From: Chara braunii
Lineage: Eukaryota > Plantae > Charophyceae
DNA length: 64,000 nt
Assembly (NCBI GenBank): GCA_003427395.1
Contig: BFEA01000017.1
Location: forward strand, 2,903,565 to 2,967,564
Direction of reading: 5' to 3'
Shown: positions 12,053-25,059 of the stretch, piece by piece
Layout of the letters: each line of letters opens with the position of its first letter
Position numbering within the stretch: the stretch's first letter is position 1
Notes under the pieces: model-generated
What the model was told of the DNA's origin: nothing
The model's database searches: none
The model's input: only the letters and a program-made list of their open reading frames with translations
Position numbers and translations under genes: made by a program

Positions 12053-15000
12053 CAATTTTTTTTTTTTTTTTCTATTTTCTAAATGAATTTTCGTACTCAG
12101 CAAAAACCACCCCCCCCAAAAAATATTTTTGTTTATTTTTTTTTGTGCAGTCCCATAGAGGAGGACGTGCGCAGGCCGATGCTGTGCGCCGATTTCCCGC
12201 GCGCGCCCTCGCCTGAGCGTGGCGTGGCCGCGAAGAAACTTGGCCGCGCGGCCTTGGCCGCGCGGCCTTGGCCGCGGGCCCATGGTCGGTCTCCTAGGCC
12301 GCGGACTGGGCCGCAGGATCCGCGGCCTAGGGGGTCACGTAGGTCCCAAGGCCACAAGGTTTTTGTCTCTAGTTGGTTCCAAATTCTATCCCACCGTCTC
12401 CACAACCAGAGTGCGCCTGGGCACTGTAGTAATATGTGTTAAATTGTCTTAGGTCGTTTTCTGGTTGGGAATGCGTTTGTGCACAACTTGCACCAGGGTA
12501 GAGCTCGACTGTCTGTTCCAGGGACGTTCTGTCTATCAACCAGTTGTTGGTTGGTAGGCAGTGGTGCTCAAGCTGCCATTGAAGTGAGGTGAACTTGGCA
12601 GGTTTCGTCATTGCCATCCTGAACCATTTTATTGGTTTCAATCCCTCCTTGCTGATGTTCATGTGGTTCTTCCAACGCTCCTCCACTTGGTCCCGAAGGT
12701 TTATCTTTGGTCGTAGACTTTCAGGAGTCTGTAGGTGGATTTAACTGCTAGACTATACAGTGATTTGGTGTGGTACTTGCCCCTCCCCATTCGAGTCGTC
12801 CATCTCCATTCCAACAGGTTCAGGGCCAAGTGGTGGATCGGAGTGGAGGGGAGGTAGGTTATACATTGCCATTCCTCTAGGAGTACTTTGATTCTAAATA
12901 CTTCTTCCTTTTGACATATTATCATTTCTTCTGGGATGTTCCTTTTGATTACGTTACCCCTTTCTACTTGGAAGAGGCTCACTACCACTGTTCCTTCGGG
13001 GCAATTGCAAACTACATTACCCAGTTTCCCGTGTAGTTCCCGGAATGCAACCCAATCTGACTGTTGCAGGGTGAGGCCTTTGCGCAGGGTCCTCCACCAT
13101 TCTAGAGGAATCTTTTCCACAATCGCTTCCAGGGCTTCTTGGGGCTGGTGGCAGTGTCGTAATCTCTCATGTAGCTGGTCTGAGATAATCCAGTCTTTTT
13201 TGGCTATGTCTCATATGTCTTTTATCCTTGTTAGTCCTCTTTTGACCAAACCCCGCCAAGGGGAGGCCATACAATGAAGGGTCTGGCCCTTGGAATCCAC
13301 CACCCATCTATTACCAAATAGGGGTTGTCGTGCCACTTCTTCCCATCTTTCGGGTGAGGTTTTATCTGGCAGTGGGAGGCTTCTCCATGTTTTAAGGAGG
13401 TTAGACCAAAAGGGATCCTTTGACAGATCTTACCTTATTGCTTGCCTAGGAGGATCGAGGTGGGGATCCTGCGGTTGTACCTTTGCTCTAGGGATGGACC
13501 ATCCCCTGTTTTCTAACCACATCAGGAGGTCATTCACTTCCGATGTCTGCGGGGCAAGTCGGGATATTTGTTCCAGGGCCAGCCCTCTCCATGGGGACTC
13601 GGGATTAAAAAGCAAACGTTTGAGCCATTGTATCGCCAATGCTTTGGTCTGTATTAGGGGGTCAATGATACCAAGACCGCCTTTTGTTATGGGTTGGGTA
13701 ATGGATTGTCACGACACTCGGTTAATCACTTTCTGTTTCTCGTGGTCCCCCCTCCACAGAAAGGCGGTTATCTGATGTTGCAGGGGCCGTAAGACCTTCT
13801 TATTTAATGCCCAAATTGTTGATTTATACCATAGCGAGGCCAACACCACATTGTTGATTATCAAAGAGCGCCCAAACAGTGAGGTGTGTTTGTCTTTCCA
13901 GAGGGTCATTTTTGCCAAAGGCGAACCAGTGATCCATTCGTTGTTAGTAGATGGCTTGCCTTCTGTCGTTATTGAGGTTCCAACCACTCTGATTGGAGCC
14001 TGATTGGAGCCTTCTTTGGGAGCCAATTGAGCCTAGGTTGTTCTGGTGGTCGCACCCCTTGATGATGTATCCACCATCCTAGGGTTTTATTCCCCCAGTT
14101 AACTTTCATGTCTGACAATTTGCAGAAGTGGTCCATCATGTTCTGTACTTCTTCCATTGACTCTCTTGATGCGCATACCATCAGGGTTAGATCATCTGCA
14201 AACAGAGAGCAGACTGAAATTGCCTCCTTGGGTATTGTTGATACCTAGATTCGTTTAATATCCCTATGGCCGCTAGTGATTCCATGACTATGACAAAGAG
14301 GTAGGGGGCTAACGGGTCCCCCTGCCTCACTGACCTCTGAAGGTTTATGGGAGGGGCCATGTTACCGTTCAACATGACCCGGGTTGTTGCGTTGGTATGG
14401 AGAATCTCTACCCAGCGTCTGAAACATAATCCAAAGTTAAGTTTTCCCAGCCACTTATCTAAGAAGTGTCAATCCACATGGTCGTACGCCTTCTCAAAGT
14501 CAATGAAGATGATCGCTGCGTTACTTTTTGACTGTCGTGCCAGCTTGATCATCTCATTGACCAGAAGGATGTTATCTTGGATATTCCTATCTTGGATGAA
14601 CCCAGTTTGGTCAGGGTGTATGAGATCTGCCATTACTGGTGCCATGTGGTTGGCAAACACTTCAGCCATCAGTTTATAGACCACTGTAAGCAGGGTGATA
14701 GGCCTATAGTTTCTGATGTTAGTACTTGCCCCTTTCTTATAAAGGAGCGTTAGCACTTCTTGGCCCACTAATTCCCCTCTCTGTCTTGTGATCTAGACTG
14801 CATGGTAGTAGTCCATCAGATCCTGTGACATACTTGCCCACATGGGTTCCCAGAATTCCTTGGGTAGGCCATCTACCCGGTTTTTTTTCTTCTTCCATTT
14901 GCATCAACGCCGTCCATATTTCCTCCTTCGATAGGGGCATATCTAATACATCTATTTGTTGTTCTGAGAGGGATTTGTTAAGTGGGCACAAAAACTCTTC

Positions 15001-15180
15001 GATTTCCTCCCTTCGCTGCGTCTTAGTTTGACGCCCACATTCTGATGTGAACAGTTTCTGATAGAAATCTCTTGCGTTTTTTTTGCAGGCGGCTGTGGAA
15101 GTGAGTAAAGGTCCTTGATTGTGATTGGGGTCTTCTAAGGCCTCGATTACCGTTCTCTCTTTTTTTGCCTTTGACCTCTA
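10450..15180 (-). mobile_element. 5'-truncated, degenerate L1/Tx1-type LINE ORF2 (RT, zf-RVT, C-terminus), interrupted at 10836-12342
   Basis: Fragments LLYKKG...NYRPITLL, DQTGFIQDRNIQDN, IDFEKAYDHVD, VRQGDPLAPYLF, SLFGRSLIINNVVLASLWY and HHCLPTNNWL. The reading frame resumes across the DNA-element insertion (...TLWPWD|WKALLCEACP...). Many frameshifts and stops; ends are approximate. Confidence 0.9.
10836..12342. mobile_element. Non-autonomous TIR DNA element with 8-bp TSD
   Basis: Ends ctatgtgacaccc... and ...gggggtcacgtag. TSD gtcccagg (10828-35) / gtcccaag (12343-50). GC-rich ccgcgg/ggcc subterminal repeats; an N-gap lies inside. Confidence 0.8.
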
Positions 15181-15448
15181 AGACACAGACCTACAGTTCA
15201 AGACCCGGCGACCACACTGTCAGGGACAACTGAACATACGACTTTCATAACACAGGTCGCAGGTTCAAACACACACGGGTCAACTGGTACTGTACATGGG
15301 TGAAGAGGAAGTATAGGAATTGAGCCCTGGGTACTGCATCTGCTACCGTAAAGGTGAAAACCAATTCAGGTTCATGATATGTAGGCAAATATCTGTCTGC
15401 AATGATGTTCCCGCTAAAAGGGATGGAATACCCGGTAGGCCTAGTGCA

Positions 15449-15493
<45 letters not shown>

Positions 15494-15727
15494 ACCCCCT
15501 ACAGTGTTACTGGTGCTGGTAGTGCACCCAACTGAGGCCGGGTGGAGGAGTAAGTGCCCGGCCAAGGTGTCCTCGAGGCCCGCCAGCCAAATATATACTT
15601 CGGTTCAAGAGCAGTCTGCTCATTCACCTGGCAGAAGTGCTACGCGGCCAAGAGGGAGAAGTGGTGGAGCTCCTGGAGGTCGAAGGTGGAGCTGGAGGGT
15701 GACGGAGCAGACCTGTGGTAGGGAATG

Positions 15728-15848
15728 GTAGGAGTAGTCGTAGACTATGGATGTGAGGTAGGAGTAGTCCTAGGCTATGGAGGTGAGGTAGGAGTAGTCC
15801 TGGGCTATGGAGGTGAGGTACGAGTAGTCCTGGGCTATGGAGGTGAGG
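15728..15848. repeat. 30-bp minisatellite x4
   Basis: ggtaggagtagtcctaggctatggaggtga repeated. Confidence 0.9.
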
Positions 15849-16519
15849 AAGGATCTCTGGCTAGGCAATGGAAGTGTAGTAGAGGTGGACGAGGGAGGAC
15901 AAAGGTGAACCCCCATTTAGTTAAAAATGATTCGTTTTTTTAATTGCACAAAATTGAATGTCCAATATTTTCCAGAATTTGTGTATTTTTGAATCCATGA
16001 TACAACACACCCAAAGGAAACACCATTTAACATCTTAAAGTGTGCAGAAAGTAGTACCGAATGAGTGATATCTACCCAACCACAAGCATATAGAACACTT
16101 CAAGGTAGGATTTAGTACTACTTTTTGTACATTTTATTTATGACCTAATGACAAAGGAATGCCGTTTGTGAGAGACAGTATTCCATCAAGCTAGGAATCC
16201 GGGAAAAAGGGGTAGAGTGGGGTAGGGCGCCGTTAGAGCGCCGCTCTACCCCCCCCTACCCCCGCTCTTTTTTTTTTTTTTTTTTTTTTTGGTAAAAGAT
16301 ATTGAGGCCGAGGTCCTCACAGTCTACTCGGAGTAAGGAAACCGAGATTGCCGAGAACCAGGCTCGGCGTCCCTTATGATGACGAAAAGGATCGTAATGA
16401 TCACAATGGAGAAAACCATGAGATTTAAAAGTTTTAGGCTACTCAGAACTTTACTTTGACGAAATTCAGAAAAGCAGTCTGCCACAACTAAAAGTACCAC
16501 CACAGAAGTCCACGAATGC

Positions 16520-17230
16520 TCAAAAATCTACGAATCCCTAGCAACCCATCTGAGCTTTCCAACACTGACGAGCTCTTCCAGGTCTCACGCCCTCTCCCTG
16601 CTGAGTTGCAGGGCAACACGACTCACCCCAGCTCCGACCAGCGTCGTCTCAGCAGCGACCCTTGGTTATCCCTTAGAATGGCCCCCCAAAGCATCCCCAG
16701 ATCTCTCTACCAAGCCTCACGCTCCTACATCCGCAAGTTACAGGGCAATGCCCCAGCACTGGCCAGCATCGTTCTAGCGTCGAATCTCCGCAGGTCACTG
16801 AGTATATCAACAATGGATCATCTAAGCTAAGTTATTAGAGGTCCCCGGATTCCTAAATCATTCTTAAACCCCCGTTGGTAGCCAAAAAACACCAGCAGAC
16901 TTTTAGATCTAGACTCCTAAAGTACTTTCTAGCCTTCCTCTCCCCGGGACATACTTGCTCAGGGACAGTACCAACCAAACTAACGTCTCCCATAGCTAAT
17001 CTCTTCTCGCCAGCACGCAGCCCCCCCCGGTTCGCCACTGGATTGCCTTCCTCCCTCGGCAACCCCCAGATCTCTCTACAAGACCTCATACTCCTGCAAA
17101 TTTGCAGGTCACAGGGCAACGCCCCAGCTCCGGTCAACGTCGTTCTGGCATCGGCAAAACAGGGGCACATAACAGATCAACTCGGCAGATATCAGTCCGG
17201 GTGTGACCTTCTCTAAACTCCTATACCCCG
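16520..17230 (+). repeat. Further copies of the ttacagggcaacgccccag repeat family
   Basis: Matches 8100-8340 and 60030-60790. Confidence 0.75.
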
Positions 17231-17664
17231 GTTGCAAGTAAAGACTAAATACTACCAAGGATCCAGAACCAAAAAAACATTAGTAAGAACTGCGCAAACA
17301 ACAACCTCCCATCCTCCCCTCAACTATTGAAGAAAACTGCAGGTCTCGTATTCAATCCTCCATCCGACACTCGGCTGGTGTCATACCCTCCCATGCTAGA
17401 GTTACAGGGCACTGCCAGGCCCCAGTACCGAACAACCTAGTGTAGACGGTAAGGAGTGCCTTCCTCCCTCGGCAACTCCCCATAGCCGCACACCCCTACG
17501 GTGAGAGAGAGAGAGAGACATCCGACACGTTCGTAGTCGAGCAGGCTTGGAGAGCAGTTCACAACAGAACGGGCAAAAGTTTTAATATCGAGTAATGGTG
17601 GAGAGCAGTTTTCAGAACGGGCAGAACTGCTGCGCAATCTTTTTTTTTTTTTTTTTTTTTTTTT

Positions 17665-17747
17665 TGGTCCGACGGACCACGGATCAGATATTAAAACTGA
17701 TCAGAACAGATACTACACTTGATCTTAGCCAAAGGGCCGAGAAAGGT
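17665..17747 (-). pseudogene. U2: U2 snRNA 5' fragment (~83 nt) with polyA tail
   Basis: Minus strand reads acctttctcggccctttggctaagatcaagtgtagtatctgttctgatcagttttaatatctgatccgtggtccgtcggacc + A-run. This is the plant-type U2 5' end with the GUAGUA branch-recognition sequence; the Sm site and 3' domain are absent. Confidence 0.9.
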
Positions 17748-17750
17748 TCT

Positions 17751-17786
17751 GATCAGATATCAAACTGAACAAAACAGATACTACAT
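17751..17786 (-). pseudogene. Second, shorter diverged U2 fragment (branch-recognition/stem IIa region)
   Basis: Minus strand tgtagtatctgttttgttcagtttgatatctgatc. Confidence 0.7.
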
Positions 17787-17894
17787 AGATACTGCATTTT
17801 CTGAGCTTGAAAAAAATCAGGAAAAAAAAAAAGGTTATGAATCTTGTCGTTGGTCGATCATCCAAAGACGACCATGTTCGCTCAAGAACAGCCC

Positions 17895-17961
<67 letters not shown>

Positions 17962-18051
17962 NNNNNNNNNNNNNNNNNNNNNNNNNNNNNNNNNNNNNNN
18001 NNNNNNNNNNNNNNNNNNNNNNNNNNNNNNNNNNNNNNNNNNNNNNNNNNN

Positions 18052-18106
<55 letters not shown>

Positions 18107-18488
18107 CTCTATGTGGGCAGTATCTTCCCGTACCTCCTGGCCTGTCTCCTACCTGTGTCTTCCGTTGTACATACAACGGCAGCGGTACTTCCATGGGCGC
18201 AAGGCGCTGCAAGCTCGATGAGGACGAAACTTTTCATCTCAGCATCTTCAAAGCAGGAGTGGAAATGAGAGGAGAAATAGGAGAAGGGACTGCCCGTTCG
18301 CTCGGTTCAAGTAGGCAACGTCTGTTTGACACGAACTCCGACGGAGGGTGCTATCTGAGCACAAATACGGTATAATACACAATGGAGCGGGCGAAGAAAG
18401 TGGGACAAAGCCGAGTCAATCTAATCTGACAGACTACGCGATTTCAGAAAAAGGACAACCTATGCTGCGGCCATATGTGTCACCTCCA

Positions 18489-18559
<71 letters not shown>

Positions 18560-19867
18560 GATCACAGAAAGGCATTGAACGATCCAATTCCTATTTCCAG
18601 TGTTCAATGCTGCTAGCTAACTTAAACCACCAGTACTTCCTGAAGTTGTGCTCGTTAACGAGACACAGATTCAGGAAACGTACGGTCCACTACACGAGCG
18701 TCGAAATTCATCCGATTACAAACGTTTCTACCCTTTTTTTTCCCCCGGCTGATAGCTGGGCCAAGTACTCGTGGTTTAAAGACCCTCATGTGGACACCAT
18801 CCCAGTGTGAGTCGGATCCACACCCTACCCAATGTCGAAAATAACAACGTTCCCATAGGGCAGGGAAACAAGAAACGTCCGATATCAGCTGTTTTGGCAG
18901 TGTGCCTCGCTCAACTTCGCTCTACCAAGCCGATCACCACTCATTCGTTGCTGGACAAAGGTGGTGTTCCTTCCTACACACTGTTATCCTCTAAATGCTC
19001 AAGACCCAATATCGGCTGGTTAGCGTTGTTTGCTCAATATCACTACATAGCTCTAACGTACATACTGGATTGATAAATCTCGGAAGTGCCTGCCACTAAG
19101 TTGAGAAAGTACGGTACATCTGGTAAGAGGTTCCCTGCAGTAATGCAGAGGGAGGATGAATGGAAGCAAACCAATGACGGTGAAATGAGACATGAATCCT
19201 CAAGGTGGAACAGGCAGGTGATGGATGGTCTTCGTCGAATGGGTAGATACGAAAATGAAATGCCGATGTGAACACCGCAATGCACACTGGCGAAATCGCA
19301 AGAATCGGAGAATTAGCAAGACGAGCGTACAGCACCGCGTTCGTGGATGCACACATCCACATTTACAGCCACCGTGCTTGGAAGCGGATGCAGCTTTCCG
19401 ATGGAAAAAACAGCGTCAGCATCGTCATCGACCCAGCCATACTTGCCCATTAGTAACCATTACACAAGTATGCAGCTGTGGCAAGAACATGATACCTGAC
19501 GAAACGGAAACTTTTCCGGTCAAGACAGCTCATCAACTAACGGCCCACGTCGCATCCCACCCTTCAGAGCAAGCTGCGTTGTCTCCGCAAAGTGCTGCAC
19601 GCTCGTCGCTCAACGCTGTTGCAAGCTTGCCGTTGTGCCAGCATAGCCACGCGCCATCAAGCTCGCCTTGCTGTAGTTGTTGCTGCGCCTGCTTTCCCCA
19701 CTATTGCCGCTCGCAATAACCGTGCCCGCTTTCACAACGCCTCTCGCTCGCTGCATGCAATGCACAAGCTGCCGGAGTGACTGAATGGCAGTGGAGCAAC
19801 CCAACCCCCCCTGCCAGGCTTCGAAGTTCAACTTCGAAATTTTGGCACCAAGCTTCTACTGGTTGGG

Positions 19868-20070
19868 CGGGCTCACTCCACTAGTCACCAAATGTGTAAA
19901 ATGGGAATGAATCTTGCGGTGCATCATGGGAAGATTCACCACCGCTCCACTGCTCAGTGCTCACATATGCACAAAAGAGAAAAAAAAAAAAAAGGCGGTG
20001 AATCTTCCCATGATGCAACGCAAGATTCATTCCTATTTTACACATTTGGTGAGTAGTGGAGTGAGGCCCG
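19868..20070. repeat. ~73-bp near-perfect inverted repeat with ~55-nt loop (MITE-like hairpin)
   Basis: Arms 19868-19940 and 19997-20070 are reverse complements with only a few mismatches. Confidence 0.85.
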
Positions 20071-20239
20071 TCGGTCTGCGACTCTGCATACGGTCTTTTG
20101 CCCATCTTAGGGACTACTCCCACTACAGGTGAAAAAGAACAACAGTGGAAAAAAGAAAAAAAACGAGGGGCTGACTTCTTACTTATAGGACCCCAATGCT
20201 TGCTACGTTGCCGGTGAAGAGGGCCCATTGCGGCCTGGC

Positions 20240-20575
20240 CCTAATAATACCAACTACCTAGAAGGCTAGTACCTATACTAGTTTTATGGCCTACAGGGTT
20301 CCGGCCACCTAGGCCAAACCTCCGCCCAGCAGTACCCGCCCAGGGAATCGAGACAACACCCAGCCATGCCCCACAGAAACTTTCCCACCTCACCCAGCCA
20401 TGCCCCCATGAAACTTTCCCACCCTGCCCAATCCCACCCAGCATATTCTCACACATATTCACACCCAGCCGTAACACTGCTTATCCTTTCGGGGCATACC
20501 CGCACCCCATCCAAAACTGCCGGTTACGGCTGGGTACGGTCGGGTCCGGTCACGGCCACCCGTTGGCAACCTCTG
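20240..20575 (-). mobile_element. Displaced, inverted 5' end of the hAT element
   Basis: TIR gttggcaacctctg (20562-75) followed by gcctatat, the reverse complement of the TSD at 37137-44. accc/gggt-rich subterminal motifs resemble those at 36840-37120. Left boundary approximate. Confidence 0.75.
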
Positions 20576-20602
20576 GCCTATATACAAAACCGATTTGAGT
20601 AA

Positions 20603-21957
20603 GGGGCTCGTTAGACATTCCTCAGGCACATAAAATCCCCGAGGAAATCTTCGTTCCACCTATCCTCAAAGAAAGAAAACGAAAAAAAAAGTGAAAACAT
20701 TTCCTCGGGCCGTCCTCGGGGAATCTTCTGGCCACAACCATTTTTGCGGTTTTCCCCAAGGTACCTCTCGAGGTCCCTTGGAGGCAAAGGATCCGCGATA
20801 AACGGAGCGGTGTGGGCACCCATCGTCGACAAGAAATTTTGGTCAGCTGGTCCATTGGAGTTCCAATCGGGCGATGCACGGACATCATCGGTCTTCAACG
20901 TTCGGCCTCCAGGAAATCTACCCCAACGGCAACCGTTGGTGGCCTGCCGACTCTCGCGCACGTCGTCCACAGCCGTTCTCGCTCGCAGTGCGTGGCGTCA
21001 AACGGAAAGCGGCCCAACGGACAAAAAATTCGAATATTTGAGGCCGGCGAACTTTCTATTCCCAGCTACACGACGCAAGTGGAACTGTACAGTCTGCCGT
21101 TTGCTGCCCTATTCTTGTCGCCATTTCCTGCCATCGTGTTGTCGCCGTTTGCTGCAGCCGTACTGGCTTCCTGTAGTTACCGCCCTTCCCCACCTGTCGT
21201 TCATGGCCCATGTCTTCTGGAGACTGGTGCTGCTATTCCTGGTGTCGGTCACACTTGTCTTTGTCGTCGTCTTCCATGTGTGCATCCTCGGTAGGCTGCT
21301 TGGACGCACGCGCAAGAGGCGTTCCTCCCCAGACGCCTTCCTTGCCTGACCACACGCAGTACTCGCCCCGATGACTGTCGTGATGGCGTCTCCTCCCCCG
21401 ACGACTGGCGTGACAACAACTTCTCCCCTGACGACGACCGATGGAATCTCCCCCCCCCACCCACAAACAACTGCAGCGATGGCGTCTTCTCCACCGACGT
21501 CTTCCTTGCCTGGCCGCACTCAGCACCCACGCCGACCCCCCCCGACGCGCTGTGGAAGGATCCTCCTTTCCGACGTCCTCAACCGGCCGCCGCAGCAGCA
21601 CGACGAACCGCCCTCACCCCAGCGACGTCATTCAAAATTTGAATGTCGAACAGGGACGGTGTGCCTATTTTTTTTTTTTTTTTGGGTCACTACGAAGAAT
21701 CGGATTGTTGCCGCCAATCGAAGTTGGACCATGGCCGTACCAGCGGACAACCGCCTATTGACCACCGACCCCACCCCACCTCGAGGTCACCGATAAGATT
21801 ATTAACTGGAGGACGACTGGCCTCGGGACCTCTATAGGAATCCTCCTCGGACGTCCATCTCGAGGATAAGTGGAACGACGGTGGGAAAAATCTACGAAGC
21901 CCCGAAGGGGAACTCCTCGGGCCTCGAGGAGGCCCCGAGGAGTGTCTAACGAGCCCC
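20603..21957 (+). mobile_element. PIF/Harbinger-type non-autonomous element, copy 1 (1.36 kb)
   Basis: TIR ggggctcgttagaca(t/c)tcctc at both ends; TAA at 20600-02 and 21958-60. Confidence 0.85.
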
Positions 21958-24516
21958 TAAGTCTTCCGTGGTAGCGGAATGTTCTTTTGATTGTGAATCT
22001 TCAGTGGTGGCTGAGTCGGATTGTTGGTGCGTCTCTGTCCGCAGGTCTATTACTGCATTGGCCAGAGCCTGGCCCCGTTCCTTGCTATTGCCCTCGCTGT
22101 GTGATGATTGGGCCGGGCCTATATACAAAACCGATTTGTGTAAGGGGCTCGTTGGACACTTCTTGGGCGCGGAAAATCCCCGAGGAAATCTTCGTTCCAC
22201 CTATCCTCGGGGAAAGAAAACGAAAAAAAAGGTGAAAACATTTTCTAAGGTCGTCCTCGGGGAATCCTCGGGGCACAACCATTTTGTGGTTGCCCCCAAG
22301 GTACCTCCCGGGGTCCCTTGGAGGCGAAGGATCCACGATAAACGGAGCGGCGTGGGCACCCGTCGTCGGCAAGAAATTTTGGTCGTCTGGTCCATTGGAG
22401 TTCCTACCGAGCGGCGCATGGACATCATCGGTCTTCAACGTTCCGCCTCCAGGAACTGTACCCCAACGGCAACCGTTGGTGGCCTGCCGACTCCTGCACA
22501 CGTCGTCCATAACCGTTCTCCCTCGCAGTGCGTGACGCCAAACGGAAAGCGGCCCAACGGACGGAAAATTCGAATATTTTAGGCCGGCGAACTTTCTATT
22601 CCCAGCTACACGACGCCAGTTGAACTGTACAGTCTGTCGTTTGCTTCCCTCTTCTCGTCGCCGTTTCCTGCCATCGTGTCGTCGCCGTTTGCTGCAGCCG
22701 TATCGGCGTCCTGTAGTTCCCGCTCTTCCCCACGTGCCGTTCATGGCCGACGTCTTCCGGAGACTAGCGCTGCTGTTCCTCGTATTGGTCACACTTGTTC
22801 TTGTCATCGTCTTCCACGTGCGCATCCTTGGTAGGCTTCCTGGATGCACACGCAAGAGGCGTTCCTCCCCCAACGTCTTCCTTGCCTGGCTGTGACGAAC
22901 TATCTTCTGCAATCTCGCGATTTCCTGCATACGGCCAATGTGGGAAAAACGAGACGGCTTTTGATGGGTGACGGGCGTAAGCGGGGTTCAGTTAGGCAAA
23001 TTGCATGGATACCCTCGCTTCTTTTTTTCGCTCTTGTTGGAATTCGTTGGGTCAACACCGGGAAAGCCCGACGACGATTATTGGATGGCTGCGCTATGAC
23101 AGGCGCAAGAAATAACTGTACCATAACTTCTTTCTTGTTCTGTTGTGAGCATTACGAATTTTGGCGCGATTAGCACGTGGAAATCTCGTTTTTTTGAATT
23201 TCTAACTGATGTCGAGCCCCCGCGGGCTCTCGGAATTGTTTTTCTTTTCGGAATTTCTTTTTGCAATTAGGACTTAGACGAGGAATTTAGGTACTCTGAA
23301 TTTTGTCGCGCAGCGTTCGCACGCATCTTGTGGCGCAAGGAACTGGGTTCTTACTGGAACGCGCCTTTACTCTTGTGCAACTGTCGTTTTGGCGGGCGCG
23401 ATCGTAACTGTAATCCTTCTTCTTTCTTGATTCTCCTAGGTTGCCTGCCTTCTTCCTTCTCCTTTCTCGTCTCGCATACTCTGTTCGAATTGGTCGAAGC
23501 GCCTGCATAAGCGGATCGATGCGTGAAGAGTGGCTACGACCCCCACTCCGCGGCCTGGTCATACAGACGTAGGCACTTCCCCTCTTCTCTTCTTGTCCAT
23601 CTGGGCTTAATCCCCTACCTTTCGCGCATACATGCATGCTATAAATTTCGCAAGCACGATAAATTGCTCTGTAAGAGTCTAAGAATTTCGAGGTTCGCGC
23701 GATCAGTGAGGGTCAGCTAGCGACCAAGTTGGAAGGTGAGTGAGTGTGAGAGTTGGGCGATCCGACGAGCTAGTGTCGGGTATGTGGGGTTGACGTGCGG
23801 CGTCGCGACGGACCGTGGCACACGGGCGAACTTGGCTTGCATGCGTGAACCAAGCGGGGTGACAACTCTGTGTGGATACGTAGTGACAGACTGCTGGTAT
23901 CCTAGGTATTGATGCGAGGAGACGGACTGCCTGCAACGGGAGAGAAAGAAAGAGAGAGGGCAATGGTGTGGGTGCGGGATAGGGCTTCTTTTTGTCGTTC
24001 TTTTCATTGTTCCTCTGTCCATTTGTATACTTTTGAGTTCTAATATGGACGATCTCTTTATCGCGGCCCTTTTCTTTTGAACTTCTCTCATATATTGTCT
24101 CGGATTTTGCTTGTTGTTTTGTTTGGTATGTATGCATGAAATGAATGTAGGTTCTCGTTTGTTAAGCGATCTTTCCGATCTGTTTTTCGATGCGTGTTGT
24201 CTCTGACCAGTGTCACCTGCATGAGCTATGTGATCAGGCCTGATGGGAAATACTCATTTTAACTTTCGAAGCTAGGTTGTCGATTATCCCCTCGTCCCTC
24301 CTTTTTGCGTCCCATGTATGGCATGTAGTGATTGGTAGGATATTTACACTTATGATTGAATACGATCGGCACACGGAGCCAACCGGCTGCTCCTTACGTA
24401 CACGCTTACGTACGTTCGCGATCTCGAGAGAACCGAATCGCCACGTACGTACTCGCTCGCGTAAGTCATCCTTAACCATGTGTAAGGACGTGGGGGATGT
24501 GGCTTACTGAACAGGC

Positions 24517-25059
24517 ATGGCTGCACGGTCTCCTTTCTGGGCGTCCGACTATGAAAATCTGAGGGACCCCGAATATCGTGAGTATTGGGAGGGCGAACAA
24601 CTCAGAGGACGGGGAAATTTAAGAAATCCAAAATTCTCTTGCTTAAATGAAAACGATCGATTATATACGAGGGATTTTCATTGTGCTATAACGAGCGACC
24701 CCCGGTGCCCCGACTACTCGGAAACCTATAACACGCAATATTTAATATCCCCTGGCTTCATTGTCATTACTACCAACTTCCCTCCCTTCCATCTCCTCCT
24801 CCTATATCACCAACTCACAGTGGTACCGTGGATTTCCATAGCTCGCTACTGGCCTAGCCCGCCGTGCGAGGGTTGTCGGTATCACCGGGCGTGCCGAGCA
24901 TCAGGAACTACCCGATAGGCTCGAGATGAAGCTGAGCAGCGATTGCACAACCTCCGCGCACGGACCGCCTCAGCGGAACCCGAGGCCTGTTACGATCGGC
25001 GCCAACAACTGATCAAACCCTACAACCGACCCCGAAGACGAAATCAGCGGGGATGGTGA
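24517..25059 (+). pseudogene. 180-codon ORF of unknown function inside the 5' LTR (one internal TAG at 24916-18)
   Basis: MAARSPFWASDYEN...RRRNQRGW; same length and frame as the copy in the 3' LTR. Confidence 0.55.

Noticed and set aside
11097-12216. ORFs spanning N-runs (also 17719-18375, 41746-42139, 52266-53316, 61362-62024)
   Set aside because: Assembly-gap artefacts.
20611-22930. 200-280 aa ORFs inside the PIF-type elements
   Set aside because: No DDE or Myb/SANT motifs; GC-rich repeat sequence open on both strands.
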